Shown here in pieces: positions 14,082-27,704 of a stretch of 64,000 bases of DNA (position 1 is the stretch's first letter; every line of letters begins with the position of its first letter). The DNA is from Octopus sinensis. Its lineage: Eukaryota. The position numbers and the translations under genes are program-made. The notes below the pieces were generated by a model, which saw nothing but the letters and a program-made list of their open reading frames with translations, did not search any database and had not been told where the DNA came from. Location of the stretch: positions 45,694,001 to 45,758,000 of the forward strand of contig NC_043003.1 of assembly GCF_006345805.1 (NCBI RefSeq), given 5' to 3'.

Positions 14082-14455
14082 CGCAGGAGTGGCTGTATGG
14101 TAAGATGCTTGCTTCCCAATCGCATGGTCCCGAGTTCAGTCCCACTGCGTGACATTTTGGGCAAATGTCTACTAATATAGCCTCGGACCGACCAATGCCT
14201 TGTGAATGGATTTGGTGAATAGAAACTGAAAGAAGATTGTCGTATATATATATATGTATGTATGTATGTATGTATTTGGGTGTCGATGTTCGTGTGTTTA
14301 CGTCCCGTAAACTAGCGGTTCGGCAAAAGAGACCGATTGAATAAGTACTGGACTTACAAAAAATAAATCCTCTGATCAATTTGTTCTACTAAAGTCGGTA
14401 CCCCAGCATAGCCGCAGTTAAAATGACTGAAGCAAGTAAGAGAATAAAAGAATTG
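14082..14455 (+). mobile_element. Octopus SINE, GGAGTGGCTGTGTGGTAA family, near full length
   Basis: Same head, body and tail as 13118-13560. Confidence 0.9.
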
Positions 14456-14482
14456 AAGAATATGTATGTCCGCGTGTGTGCG

Positions 14483-14517
<35 letters not shown>

Positions 14518-14939
14518 TGTGGACTATACATCCATTCTTTCATACATGCATGCAAACGTCTATGCGCTACAATATACTGCCAAACAGAATAACATACGCG
14601 ATCTGAATGGACCGGAAATTATGTTAAATGCCATATGGTGGTACCTGGATGTGATGGGTCAATAACCTCTAGTAAATTCATCCCTTCAAAGCAAGAAGGA
14701 AATGGCGAATCATGAAGAGAGAATAAAAGTAAAATTGAATGAAAATTTTCTTATATAGCAGTTGTTGAGCATCAGGAGATTAAAGATTCGACATGAAACA
14801 CGATGTAACGTTCCCACTGTTCTTCAATGCGGTTTCTATGCCCAGTTGAAGATCTTGCCAGTATATGCAACTGTGAACAAAAACTACACTAGCAACGTTA
14901 ATTCATCACGTCTCCAGTTCACTTTAATTAATATAAATG

Positions 14940-15195
14940 GCGACTGTTGTTGTTGTTACTGAACTTGATGTTGTTGTTCATCATCATCATCATCATCACT
15001 GTCGTTATCAACATTATCATTATCACCATCATGATATTCATCTTTGACATAGTATTATTATTAGCACTACTACTACTATTACTACTAGTAGTAGAAGTGG
15101 TGGTGGTGGTGGTGGTGACGGCGCTGCTGCTGATTATACTGATGCTGGAAGTAGTAGTAGTAGTCGTAGCAGTAGTAGTAGTAGTAGTAGTAGTA

Positions 15196-15234
<39 letters not shown>

Positions 15235-15420
15235 AAGTAGTAGTTGACTGGTACTCTGTTTAATCGCTTGTCTCTAGCCAGCCACCGAATATTTGGTCTT
15301 GTGCATATGCAAGAAATCACCATCATCATCATCATCATCATTAGTATCTTCATTATCACCAACGACAGTAACCTCACCCTCCTCTTCATCATCATCATCA
15401 TCGTCATCACAATATTATAA
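14940..15420. repeat. Composite trinucleotide microsatellite block (CAT/TAC/GTG/TAG)n
   Basis: Direct reading; explains the poly-M/Y/T/V ORFs in the ORF track. Confidence 0.9.
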
Positions 15421-16226
15421 CATTATCGTATCAAGATGTTTGATATTTTTGTTATTGTTATCGTACGTTTTCACAGCTGTGACGTGCGCCCATACATGAG
15501 CCTTGGATATGCAGAACGATTTCGTTTGATTTTGCATCTGTTTACTGTCCTTTACGTTATTTATTTATGCCATTTTCTAGACGTTTTCCAAAATTTTAAG
15601 TCCTACTTTTGGGTTATAAGTGTGTTTCAACGTTTTATAATCAGTGCCATTATTATATGGATTCTTACTGTTTCCGTCTCGCATAGTCATCGTATCTATA
15701 TCCAAAACAATATATTTCGAATTATTTCTATTTCTTTCAGAGATTCTTAGCTATTTCTTCTTTTTTCTTTTATTGTGTTACAAAAATGCCTTTGATATGA
15801 AAACGATACCAATCATTTGTTTCTCCATAGGCTTTATTAAATCTTTCATTGGTCATTGCTAGATATGTGTAATCCTACAGTGAATAATTTAATTCAGATT
15901 TGTAATTGCATAATTTCACTATCTCTTAGTATTCCTGGTAAATATAATCATTCATTGTCAGATTTTAGATGGTGAATTCTGAATGCTATTGTTTTTCCTT
16001 TTAAGAATGGATAATTCATTCAAATTTCGGTTGATAATCTTACGATTATTACTAATTATCTTAACAGATATTTGTGTGTGTTTTTTTTTTCGGTAACTGT
16101 GATTTCGTTATTTCCTTTGTTTTCCTTGTGACGACGTTTGTAAAATGCTGAAGCTGAAACTAGCTACATTAAAGACCAAAATTATTCTTCAAGGAAGGAA
16201 TTTTGATTTAGACGTAGTTCTCTTAC

Positions 16227-16281
16227 CTCTGCATCTTTATCTAGCATGATATTAATGTTCTGAGCCTCAGTTACTTCAAAA
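16227..16281 (-). CDS. Candidate coding exon (xFEVTEAQNINIMLDKDAE)
   Basis: Long pyrimidine tract ending ...ttcgtttgtag|T and donor GAG|gtaaga; 55 nt, open, 1 nt plus 18 codons. Confidence 0.55.
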
Positions 16282-16449
16282 CTACAAACGAAGGTGTAAA
16301 AAGAAAAGGAGGAAGAAAAATCTCGCCGAGAGGGAGTCGGATGTTTGAAGATCATACAAAAGAAGCCCATTCCAGGAGTGAAACTCAAATTCAAGAATAT
16401 CCGAAATACTAACGATATTCTAACGAAGCCGCTCTGCGGAAATCTATTT

Positions 16450-19135
16450 AAAAAAATTTACTAGACTTTTCTCCCACCCCGTTTACTTCTCTCTCAGTCT
16501 GAATGTTAAAGTCCCACAACAACTTGTATTTCTTGCTTTCTAGTACTTTACTAGGTTCATGTTCATACCACTTATCAGTACAGTAAATCCTAGCTTTCTA
16601 CATAATTCTAAGTGGATTAGTCTGCCTAGGTTATCATGTCTTCTCTTGCATTCTTTCTGTGCCAGCATGCTACATTCACTTACTATATGAGTAACACCTT
16701 CCTCTTTTTATTTGCATAATCTACTTTGGGAACCTACTTGGTTTTTGTCTATCTTGGCTTTTATCCAATTAGTCCTTAATACTTGATCCTGTGCTGCTAC
16801 TAACAAACACCCTGTCTCCTCTTTTCAGCTTTCCTTTCTGCAACCATAATCATATCTCACTACTACTGCTTGTTTGCAACTACCTTCAGGAATCTATCAT
16901 GCAATGCCTTCTCCTGCCAGTTAAATAATTTCTCTTCTTTTTCTGGTTTTTAACTTCGTTTGTTTTTATTTTTTTATTATTTTTTGTTTCCTTATGTCTT
17001 GCTGTGACTCTAGCAGCTTTCATAAACTTACTTCACTATTTACCTATGTAGGTGTCTATATCTATTCTAGCTAACTCCAAGCAGTTTTCTTTTGATATTA
17101 ACCATCTTCCGGCAACCCTCTTCAGCCTTCTTTTTTAGATAAGTATAATCTTACTACTTCTGCCCTTGGGTGTAGTCCTCCGTTCATATTGAATTCCTTC
17201 TTTGTTCTTCTGTCTAGCTTTGCTAATTCAGTTTTTGTCCTATCTACAAAAACTGCTGAGTATCTAAGTAATGATACTGCCCAAGAATTTACAGACTTTA
17301 CTAGATTTGGGCCATTTAACTTTGACTTCATTAGATTCCTCATCCTTCTGATGTACTCCTCAATTTTCGTTTTCATTTCTATAGTTAATAATTTGTCACC
17401 TAGTTACACCTAGTTACTTATAACTCTCTCCTCCTTGCAATGATTTTAAGGTCTGGCCATCTCGTAATTGGATGGCATCGCTGTTGACTACCTGTCACCT
17501 TCTCATGACTAATATTGCACATTTGCCAAATTCCATGTCTATATCTTTGCTGAAGAATCTTACAGTCTGTATTACGGAATCTATCTCTTTTTCATTCTTA
17601 TTAAACAGTTTCAGATCATCCATGTAGAGCAAATGGTTAATTTTTCCCTTACTATTTCTGAACTGATACCTTGCCTCTGCCTTCCTTAATACTAAACTGA
17701 GGAGGATCAAATGTTAAAGGGGACAACGAGATCCCCTGGAAAATTCCTCGTTTGATAGTAACATTCACTAAGACTGTGTCACCTGAGCAGAGATCTACTT
17801 TACATTTCTTCATACTAAAGCTGATTAATTCTCTTATGTTGTCTGCTATACCTAATATATTAAAAAATTCCCTTATCCATGAGTGTGGGATCATGTCATA
17901 GACTTTCCTATAATCTATCCATGCTGTTGTTAGATTTTTCTTTCTAGCTTTTACTTCATTTAGAACTGCTTTTTCTATGTATAATAAATCATTCGTTCCT
18001 CTTGCCTTCTTCCTGCAACCTTTCTGTTCTTCTGACAGTAAATTCTGGTTGTCAAGATGCTCGTAAATGCTTTCTGAAAGCATTCTTGTTAACAATTTCT
18101 ACACTAATGGTAGGCAAGTGATTGTCTTATAGTTGCTAATTGTATTACCCTTGCTCTTATTCTTCATAATGAGTATTGTCCTCCGTTTAGTCTATTAAGG
18201 TAATCCTGAAGTTGTTCTCGCTAGTAAACTACCAAATTTCTTTAGCCAGTAACCTTGAACTAAATTTGGTCCTGGGCCCTTCCAATAGCGGCGTTTTCAC
18301 CGCTTCATCACAAGAATAATAATGCAAAATACCTACTTCTGCTATGATACACTGTTTCACCTCTTGTATTACTGTTCCAAATCCTTTCTCTTTGACTAAA
18401 TATCTTTTCTCAAGGGAATATTTACATCTTGCGTTTAACTAGTTCAGTTTTTAGGTTTCCATTATACTCAGATCTTGTTTTAAAGACTTCATTTTATTTT
18501 GTAGTCTCCTTTTCCACATTTGCTCTTTTTTAATCTTTCCCTGTGAGATATTAATCTTCTAGTAACTACTGCTCCTCCTGCATAGTGTCTCCTATATTTT
18601 TAGTATCTATCCTACTGATAACCGAATCTACTTTCCTAGTCATATCTAGCAGCTTTCTTCTGTTGATGCTGTTTAATCCTGGTAATCTTTTTCTTACTTC
18701 TTTACTCATTACTTCCTGCAAATCATCTAAAATCTTCTGATCTTCCTCACTTAAATCACTTAAGTCGCCGGTGGCAGTTGTACCTTCCTGATTGGTAGCG
18801 CTACTATTATTATTTTTTCTTTAGGGTTCTCCTTTGGTTTGACCTGTATATCTTTTTTTTTTGCCTTTCCTACTGCCTGGTCTTTCTTTTCCCGTTCTCT
18901 TGTGATCTCTTCTACCTCCATTTCTGTCATCCACTTTCATCTTCTAATAGCTTTAACTTGATCTACTAATCTCTCCTCAGTCGCTTTAAACATACCCTTC
19001 TCTATCAAAAGAGCTAACATCCGTTTTCTATAGCCCCTTCTTTCAGGTTCACTTTCTGAGTAGCACTGCATTACTATCCTGTTTTCTTCGCTGGTCCAAT
19101 TCATCCTGCTTACTCTGATGATAGCAGCTGTGGTC
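16450..19135 (-). mobile_element. Dong/R4-clade non-LTR retrotransposon, degenerate and missing its 3' end
   Basis: N-terminal WTSEENRIVMQCY...RRGYRKRM...TEERLVDQ; RT motifs EQKGC, AWIDYRK.YD, GIFQG.SLSPL, HLLYMDDLKL; CCHC-region THIVSEC...RRHD; start of the RLE region KYKLLWDFNIQT. Confidence 0.9.
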
Positions 19136-19199
19136 ATCATCATCATCATCATCATCATCACCATCCTTCTAATCTTCCTCTTCATCATTATTATTATTA

Positions 19200-19362
19200 T
19201 TTTGTTAATCTACTTCATTTTGGTTAATATAGAAAAGATTGAAGTAGCTCCTCCTGAATATATAGAGTCAAAATTAAAAGAAGAGTGATTTTGACCCCAT
19301 ATCTTCCGGAGGAGTTACCTCAATCCTTTTTATATCAACCAAAATGAAGTAGATTGACAAAA
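19200..19362. repeat. Imperfect 163-nt hairpin
   Basis: 19200-19242 pairs with 19320-19362; GTAGCTCCTCC/GGAGGAGTTAC and GTCAAAAT/ATTTTGAC continue the stem inward. Confidence 0.85.
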
Positions 19363-19482
19363 TTATTTTCTGAAACAGTTGAAGGCACACAAGATGTCGA
19401 AATATCGTTCACTAGATAACAATGGCACTCCTATTTTAATTTGAACTTTATTATTATTATTATCATTTTTTTGTTTTGAATT

Positions 19483-20115
19483 CAAATTCCTACGAGGTCG
19501 ACTGCCTTCCATTCTTTCAGGATCGATAAATTATGTACCAGTAAGAAACTGGGGTCGATGTAATCGACTAATCCTCTCCCCCAAATTTCAAACATTGTGC
19601 CTATAGTAGAAAATATTCTCATAATTATTATCATTGTTGTTGTTTTTATTATTATTAAGAACGCAGTGAGATGACTGAATCGTAAACGCACCCTGCAAAA
19701 TGATTATTGCCATTTCATCAGTCTTTACGTCGGCCTCAAAAGAATTTGAAGAGTTCAAATTCTGTTGAGGTCGACTTTACCTTTCATCCTTTCAGGGTCG
19801 ATAAAATAAGTTCCTGTCGAGTACTGGGGTCGATGTCATTGATTTACTACCTCAATTGAAGTTGCTGGCCTTATGCCAGAATTTGAAACCTTATTATCAT
19901 TAAGGCGGCGAGCTGGTAGAATCGTAAGCACAACGGTCAAATTTTTAATGACATATAGTCCTTTTTTCCTTTCACAGAGATCGACCTTGCCTTTCAACCT
20001 TCAGGGTTCGATAACATAAGTACCAGTTGATTATTGAAGTCGATGTAATAGACTTGACTCGACAACTCGCCGAAATTGCTGTTCCTGAGCCAAAATCTTA
20101 AACCAATTTATTGAA
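19483..20115 (+). mobile_element. Three tandem GGCGGCGAGCTGG-family SINE copies
   Basis: Body GTCGAC..GCCTT..ATCCTTTC.GG.TCGATAAA..AAGTACCAG repeats near 19500, 19770 and 19980. Confidence 0.85.
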
Positions 20116-21181
20116 ACAATTATCAGTTGTTGTTGTCTAGATCCTGATGTAGACAGCAATCTTGATCAAGGTGACTTACAATCGAAGGTATTCCAGGTGT
20201 GACCAACCCTTTCCCTTTTCCAACATATGATATGACTACATTCTTTATTTAAGGAATGACTACATTTCTTATTTAAAGTGGTCCACTTTCAATCAAAGTA
20301 CCGTATGATATGAAGAAAATTTGATGCACTTTCTAGGTGTCTGTTCATTTTAAGTGTCTGAGGCCATAATTTTACATTACTGAAGAGAGATAAATGCATC
20401 CTGAAATAGGAATCCAGTCTTTCTCAAGCATATTTTTTGGCACTGACAGATGACACACGATGAAAAACCTTTAAGATTAGCAAGTACAACAACAAACTCA
20501 TGAGCGATGATAGGTAAAAGAACATGAAGCTATCGCAATATAAATAGCAAAACAACAACAATAGTCATAACAACAATTACAAGAGTTTATATCTCAACAG
20601 TTTATCAGCATCCGGATGTTGTGATAGCTGTGTGATAAGAAATTTCTTTCGTTCTTTCGGTGAGAATAACAAGTTTCTATTTCCTACTGATTCTGCTTTC
20701 ATTTTCCTTAACTTACTTGATTTCAGAAATGAATGAATTTTACAAAATCATGGTCGACTCTTCTGTACTGAGGAATATTTTTTTTCAATAAACTCTTATA
20801 TTAATAGGTTATACAAGAGTTTTCTATTCTCATTTTTGATTCCTACAGTTTAACTTCCCTGACGTCATTGGTACTATTGAAAATACCATTCACCTTACGC
20901 AGCTGCAAATTTTCTTCCATTATAAATCCGAGCCATTGTGTTCATGCGAGAATTCTATATATTATCTTTGGATTAACAGAAAAAGAAACACCCACAGAAA
21001 TACAGTTTAAGAAAGATTAAGCTAAGACGAAGTAATCAGTGGTGAAATATAAGAATTCTGATACAAGCAAAGGTAAACTCGATGACATTGTTAATATCTT
21101 GTTTATCGCACAACATGGGAAACATTAACCCTTACATAAGCACGTACAAAAAATGTACACTATATAGACGCACACATAGAG

Positions 21182-21234
<53 letters not shown>

Positions 21235-21474
21235 CATATGTGTGTGTGCATGTATGTATCTATCGCTCTGTCTGTCTGTCTGTCTCTCTTTTTATACATA
21301 CATATATATATACATATAATATATATATATATATATACATATATATAAGTATATATATATACATATATATATACGCATATATATATAAGCATATATATAT
21401 ATATACATTTATATACATATATATATATATACACACATATATATATATGCATATATATGCATATATATGCATAT

Positions 21475-21507
<33 letters not shown>

Positions 21508-21511
21508 CTAG

Positions 21512-21558
<47 letters not shown>

Positions 21559-22137
21559 ATATGGGGTGGGCGAGATAATATAGCAATGAAAATACAACGT
21601 TATCTGCAAAATTGTTCCCAGTTGACTGATAGTGTTATTTTAACATACAGCCTAAGTTGAAACCCGTTATAGTGACGAAAGCCATTTCTGATGATTGAAG
21701 ATACAATCCAGTAACTGACATTAAACAAAGTGAATTGTGTTGAAAAACAACCAACACATCACCCACTCGACTAACTAGCGATATATATCGGGTAAAAAAA
21801 AAAAACATGGGCAGTAGCTTTCAAAAAACTGAAACAATGAAAGTATTTCAACATGAACAAAAATAATAGCGAAATGTAATTGATGCCACACTTCAAATTT
21901 ATGGCCGTGTAGTGAAATAGCTAAGAAGCATTCATTTCCCCAGGTTTTTTTTTTAGTGAACTATTTACCCTGCAAATATTTTAGTAGTTGATAGGTGAAA
22001 ACAATCTCATAAATACCACTGTTTTCTGTTTGCTTACTCTTAGAAAGTATGAAGATTGCTAATATTTCCTTCAAACTTAGCTTTTCTTACATTTATTCAA
22101 ATACCAAATCATGGCTATGATGCTCCCCCACTACTAC

Positions 22138-22284
22138 TGCTCATGATCAGAAATGCACATATTGTCTGTCACTAAGAGATATATACTGAAGTCGTCAACG
22201 TCAAACAAATGACAAGCAGATCTGTGGAATTGAACAGAATATTTGCCATAACGATATTTCTGCTTCAGCATCTCAGCGTTTAAT
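22138..22284 (-). CDS. Candidate coding exon (LNAEMLKQKYRYGKYSVQFHRSACHLFDVDDFSIYLLVTDNMCISDHE)
   Basis: Acceptor ccattacatttcag|A; only one open frame; the donor is uncertain (weak CA|gtagta gives the phase needed to join 16281). Confidence 0.4.
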
Positions 22285-22411
22285 CTGAAATGTAATGGAA
22301 ATTGGGTCAGTTTCAAAATATTGATGACCAGTTTACAAAGGCAAGGTTTGAAGGGAAGAGTAATCATTTCCTTTGATTTCTAGACAGAAGCAAATAGGAA
22401 ATAAAACTTAC

Positions 22412-22557
22412 TGACCAAAGCCAAAAAAAGAAATTAAGTTTAGTTTCACTGGGCAAATTGATCTATCAGCTACCATTAAATTCAAACCACAACGGACGGA
22501 GTGGATTGCTTTGAACTCGACGATTTTACAACAACGGAGACAATACTCGCATATCGC
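22412..22557 (-). CDS. Candidate coding exon (AICEYCLRCCKIVEFKAIHSVRCGLNLMVADRSICPVKLNLISFFGFG)
   Basis: Acceptor gttgtgtttcctcag|GCG and donor GGTCA|gtaagt; 146 nt open; joins 22284 in frame across a 127-nt intron. Confidence 0.4.
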
Positions 22558-23492
22558 CTGAGGAAACACAACTAGATCTCATACAACCGAACAGTTGATA
22601 AATTAAATACCTGTATTTCTGGAGAACTACGTTGCGTCCAAACATTATTACATATACTATACGTTACTCGTTTCATTCAAATTATAAGTATGCAAATGTA
22701 TATCATAATCTTTTTAGTTTTTGTCGAAGTGTGATGAATTTTAAATTTGATAAATGAAAAAATATCAATTTCGAATAAGGAAGTCTTAATAAGTTAATCA
22801 AAAGTAATTTCTGCACGAATTGATTTCATATTCGGTGTAATGATATGTTTTTATATGCTAATCACTGTTTTGAAATTCATTTTCGCCATAAATCGATAAA
22901 TAAAAGTTATTAGCTTTTAAAGTTTACAAATTTTGAGCCAACCGTAAGTTACAGACACGTTTATGCCTCTTTCCGTAGTAACAAGTCAAGCATGGGAACT
23001 CTTTTTTCTGCTAGAAGGCACGTGCTGACAAACATATTCCAGTCATTGAGGTGGCAGTCAGATATGCTAAAAATAACAGCTAAATAGCCCTTAAATCACG
23101 CACCAATTTTTTGTTGTTTTATTTGGGATAATCGCATGAACTCCCATTTGTAGAATATAAATTCGCAAAATTTTTTTTTAAATTCCAAAATCTAAAGAAG
23201 TTATGAGGGGTTCTATGGCATATCTAAAGCAAAATTTCATTCTTTTACAGGTGACAACTCGTGCTGTCACGCACAAAATGACAACTTCGAAATCCTGTTT
23301 TCTGACTGGGGGAAATTATCAAATTTTAAACCTCTAAAATATTTTTTAAAAATCTTTCTGGAAAAAGTGAAATATCTCCAGAAATTACATTAATTTTGGA
23401 GATTAACTACATTAATTCACCAAATTTTAAAATGTTCTCTAAAGTTTAAATTTTCGAAAATTAGCAGCCAAACTTAAAAGATCCGAAACTCT

Positions 23493-23713
23493 TTACTTGT
23501 TTCAGTAATTTGACTGTAGCCATGCTGGAGCACCGCCTTTAGTCGAGCAAGTCGACCCCAAGACTTATTCTTTGGAAACCTAGTACTTATTCTATCAGTC
23601 ACTTTTTGCCGAACTGCTAAGTTACAGGGAGGTAAACACACCAGCATCGGTTGTCAAGCGATGTTGGGGGAACAAACACAGACACACAAACATACACACA
23701 CACACACACACAC

Positions 23714-23774
<61 letters not shown>

Positions 23775-23926
23775 CGGCGGGCCTCTTTCAGTTTCCGACT
23801 ACGAAATCCAGTCCCAAGACTTTGGTCGGCCCGAGGCTATAGTAGAAGACACTTGCCCAAGGTACTACGCAGTGGGACTGAACCCAGAACTATGTCGTTG
23901 GTAGGCAAGCTACTTACCACACAGCC
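23493..23926 (-). mobile_element. Octopus SINE, GGAGTGGCTGTGTGGTAA family, full length
   Basis: Reverse complement of the complete family consensus from tail (TTACTTGTTTCAGT) to head (TTACCACACAGCCA). Confidence 0.92.
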
Positions 23927-23929
23927 AAA

Positions 23930-25560
23930 GACAGACATATCCGGGACTCTGAATAAGTAGCCAATTCAGTACCAAGAAGTAGCCAAGCAACCATTAAAAA
24001 TTATTTTCAAAGCGGTCAGATTCTGTGGTAGGCAAGGCCTAACATTACAAGGGCATGAACATGACACAGAAAACTTCGTATATAAGAACTTGCTGAAAAT
24101 GCAGTGCAGAAGTAAGTCAGTGGCTTAAAAGTCGAAATAATTTCCTATCTGATACCATACAAAATGAAATCCTACAGGCATATTCTCATAAAATCTTGCA
24201 TAAGGTAAAAAATAGTTGAAGATTTCATTTTTATTGGTATTATATGTGATGGCACCTCTGATTGCTCTGACATGAAACAAGAATCAATCATTATCCGTTA
24301 TGTTTCTGAAGATCTAGATACCTACAAAGATTTTCTCGCTTTTTATAATCCTCTTCACTGGACCTCGGAGTCACTAAGTTTATTCTGGACGATTTTTGCC
24401 GCATAAACATTTCACTTGGCTCAAAATTATGCTAATTTCCAATTGATGGTGCAAGTACTTTGGGTGGAAACATTTCAGGCATACAAAAGAGGTTAAAAGA
24501 CATGTATCCTGGTACATATTTTGTACATTATGGAACCCGCTCTCTGGACCTTGTCCTCCAAGAAGTTGACTCTACGCTTGACTTTGTAGCTGATGTACCA
24601 AACTTTGTTTACCAATGTTCCATTCCTCCGAAAGAGTCACCACAAAGAAAAGTGTCGCAATGGACAAGCCTTTGTCGTGAGAAGGTCGTGTTGTAAGCCG
24701 TGTATCCAACTTGTTGGTGCATTAGAGCAACATCACTGAAACGGGTAGAAAGCAACTATAAGATTAAGAATTTCTTGCTGGAGTTTCTGAATGATATATC
24801 GCTGTGATCAACAACAAAGGCTTCTGTCGAATGACTGCTGAAACAATCTATCAAAGCTTCCACTCTTTTTGGTATTATGGTAGTTGGGAATGTATCTGTA
24901 ATATGTGAATCTGTAGCATGCAGCTTACAGCGTCCAGGCACACCAACCGGTGACTACTTAAAGCTGATCAAGAAGTCTCTTTCAACTCTCTTTCAAAAAA
25001 TGAAAAATGAGAAAGTTTTTGAAAACTATTTCGGAAAAAATTATCCTCAGCTGACTTTCTGAAAATGCCTAACATTTTTCGTTCCAAGAATAGACTACTG
25101 CGTTTCAGACATACTGCTACTGAAGATGGTGCTCTTTCTGTCATCATTGAGTGGCATCGGCAATTTTTCAGCATCTTTGACGACGTCGAAAATTAATTGA
25201 ATCATCGCTTGCAGCAAGAAGGAATGCGCATATGCTCTGAGCGAGAGTACTTGCAGTCATCGGCAGTCAGCTCTGGGACGGTTGAACTTGCAAATGCATA
25301 CCTGCTTTTTCTGGTTACTTGCCCTTACTGTCATCTCAAATCAAACTCCTTACTTCCTGTGGACGGAAAAAGAAACTTTGCCCATATAATTGCAGGACAT
25401 TGTTGAAAAACGGAGAGCTTCTGACGTTGTTATTTATTCTAGCAAGCGTTGATGCTAATACAGCTTATTCTGTCTCGTACATATGAAAAAGTACTTCAAA
25501 TAATTACAAAAAATTTTCTACCTTCGTTTTGGCAATGAAACTTTCCATGAGGATGTGCAA
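23930..25560 (+). pseudogene. hAT transposase remnant, ZMYM1-like (DUF4371; Tip100-type)
   Basis: Reads IIFKAVRFCGRQGLTLQGH...SDTIQNEIL...IICDGTSD..KQESIIIRYV...DGASTLGGNISGIQKRLK...FVHY...LDLVLQ, with many frameshifts. Confidence 0.8.
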
Positions 25561-25729
25561 AGTATTTTCATTGCACAAGTTTTTATGCACATGTATCATG
25601 GCACGGTGTGTTAGACTATTTACATTTAGTTTGTTATGTTTATATAAATGTCAAAATAATATTTTAAAATTATTATTTTTCTAAAACATTTTGGTAGAAT
25701 ATTCAATGAGTAAATAAATAATTGTTTTT

Positions 25730-27704
25730 CATTTTCAGAATCTGCTTTCTTCACACATTGTTATGAGTATAAAAGAAAAATAGATACTGAGTGTCTTTTT
25801 TTTCAATGAAGAATGGAGGGAAAAGTACTTATTTGTGGAAGCAAACAAGCAAAAAGCTAGCTGCATGATATGCAAAAAAGTGTTGCCGTTTTGAAAGAGC
25901 ACAATCTTCGGGTCCCTCTGAATCAAAATATCTGTCAACATATTTCGATGTTTTCTGGAAAGCTACGTTCTGAGAAATTTAATTGAATGAAACGTAGTTT
26001 GCAGTCTCAAAGGAGTCTCTTCACGAGAATGTTTTCTAAAAATCAATGTCACTCGTACAAGTTACAAAATATTGCATAAGATGATGGTGCGAGGAAAACA
26101 GTTTACTGACGGCAGCTGCATCAAAGAGTGTATGATGGAAGCAGCAAATGACTTGTGTCCTAAGAAAGCTGATTTGATTTAGGAAGTTAAGTAGTGAGGA
26201 GAACAGAGAGAACATAGTGCTACAGATACGCGAGAAAGCTTGGAACTTCTTGTGGTATTCTCTGGCGCTGGATGAGTTTACTTTTCTCTCGAGTACGTCA
26301 CAACTTCTCGTGCTCATTTGTGGTGTTAATTTGGACTTTTAGATCACAGAAGGGTTTGTATCTTTGCAGCATGCACGGAAAAACAACTGGAGAAGACATT
26401 TTCATGGAAGTGCAGAAAACTTTTCAAGGTGATGACTATGCTTCAATGGAATCAGCTTCGATGTGTTACAGTTGATGGAAGAAAAAACATGGCTAGAGTG
26501 AGGAAGGTTCTGGTGGGGAAGATCGAGACTAAACTGGATTGTTCAGTTGCTCAGTTTATATACTACATTATACATCAACAAGCACTATGTGGGAAAGACT
26601 TAGACATTTCTTATGTACTGAAACCAGTCGTTTCCAGGCTTTTCTTGAAGAAATTGATTCTGAATTATGTGACTTGCCTTATTACACAGTAGTGAGGTGG
26701 CTCAGCTGCGGTAAAGTTCTAATTCAATTTTATACGCTCAGAAGAAAAATAGAATAGATTTTTTTCTCACCAAAATAGATAGAGCTGATCCATTTCTGTC
26801 AGATCTTAGCTGGCTGTCATTTTTGGTTGACATCACATCCCACATGAATACATTGAACTTGAAATTTCAGAGAAAGGATAACTTCATCTGTGATTTCTAC
26901 AGAATCGTCAAAGGATTTCGGAGAAAGCTATCCTTGTTTGGAGCACTACTGGAAGGAAGAAACTACTTTCACTTTCAGTGATTCAAAAAGCTTCGCGCTA
27001 CAATCGCAGATGTCAACCTCGAGTTTCCTAGGAAGATTATTCGTAATTTAAATAAGAATTTTTGGAGAGATTCTCAGCTCTCTACAGAATTGAGAGTGAC
27101 ATTCTTCTGTTCCAGAATCCATTTGATTGTAATATTGAGGACGTGCCAGTCAAACTACAGTTGGAGCTCATTGATTTACAAGCAAATGACTTGTTGAAAG
27201 AGAAGCATAGGAAAGGAAAGCTTGTTGAATTTTATAGATGCTTACCTAATGATGAATTTTCACATTTGAAGAAATTTGCCTCTGGTATGGCATCAGTGTT
27301 TGGAACAACTTATGCCTGTGAAGAAACAGTTTCGAAAATGAAGTATGTGAAGTCAGCGCATCGAACGAGGTTGACTCACAAACATTTGAAAGCAATTCTC
27401 TTGGCTAGATGCAACAATTCCATAGCAAATATTGATGATATCTTCAAAGCTAACCACCAGTTCCACAAATCTCATTAACCTATTTTGCTGCTTAGCTTGT
27501 GACATTCGGATATGTGCGTACTGGGTGTGATATGTCTTATTGCTAACGTCTCCTTCTTTGATAACTTCTTGGTAAATAAATATGTTGGTTGTCTTTAACT
27601 TTTGTGTATTCACTGTATTGTATTGAACAAAATGGTTATGCGGCCCGCGCCTGTCATTCTCTCAATTATCTGGCCCGCTGTGAAAAAAATTTTGGGTACC
27701 CCTT
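25730..27704 (+). mobile_element. hAT-Charlie/SPIN-type (GTF2IRD2-like) transposon remnant with right end
   Basis: N-terminal KRKIDTE..FNEEWREKYLFVE...CMIC..VAVLKEHNLR; C-terminal dimerisation motif FGTTYACEETVSKMKYVKS..RTRLT..HL; right end GCGGCCCGC...GGCCCGC...AAATTTTGGGTACCCCTTG. Confidence 0.88.

Noticed and set aside
20717-20960. Exon ending at a GTAAGT donor at 20716
   Set aside because: All frames have stops within about 60 nt of the donor.
10261-22557. GAF-domain (PDE-like) or GH16 identity for the candidate exons
   Set aside because: There are only faint motif resemblances (SIYLLV, FEVTE, KPLFLQD, YRYGKY). The spacing is inconsistent and the GH16 catalytic ExDxE is absent. A profile search is needed.
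22611-22656. Extra exon (ICNNVWTQRSSPEIQ) joined to 22557
   Set aside because: It needs a 53-nt intron and has a poor acceptor tract. Possible but unsupported.
22740-23490. Possible DNA-transposon terminal region
   Set aside because: It looks repeat-like, but I could not define TIRs, a TSD or coding motifs.
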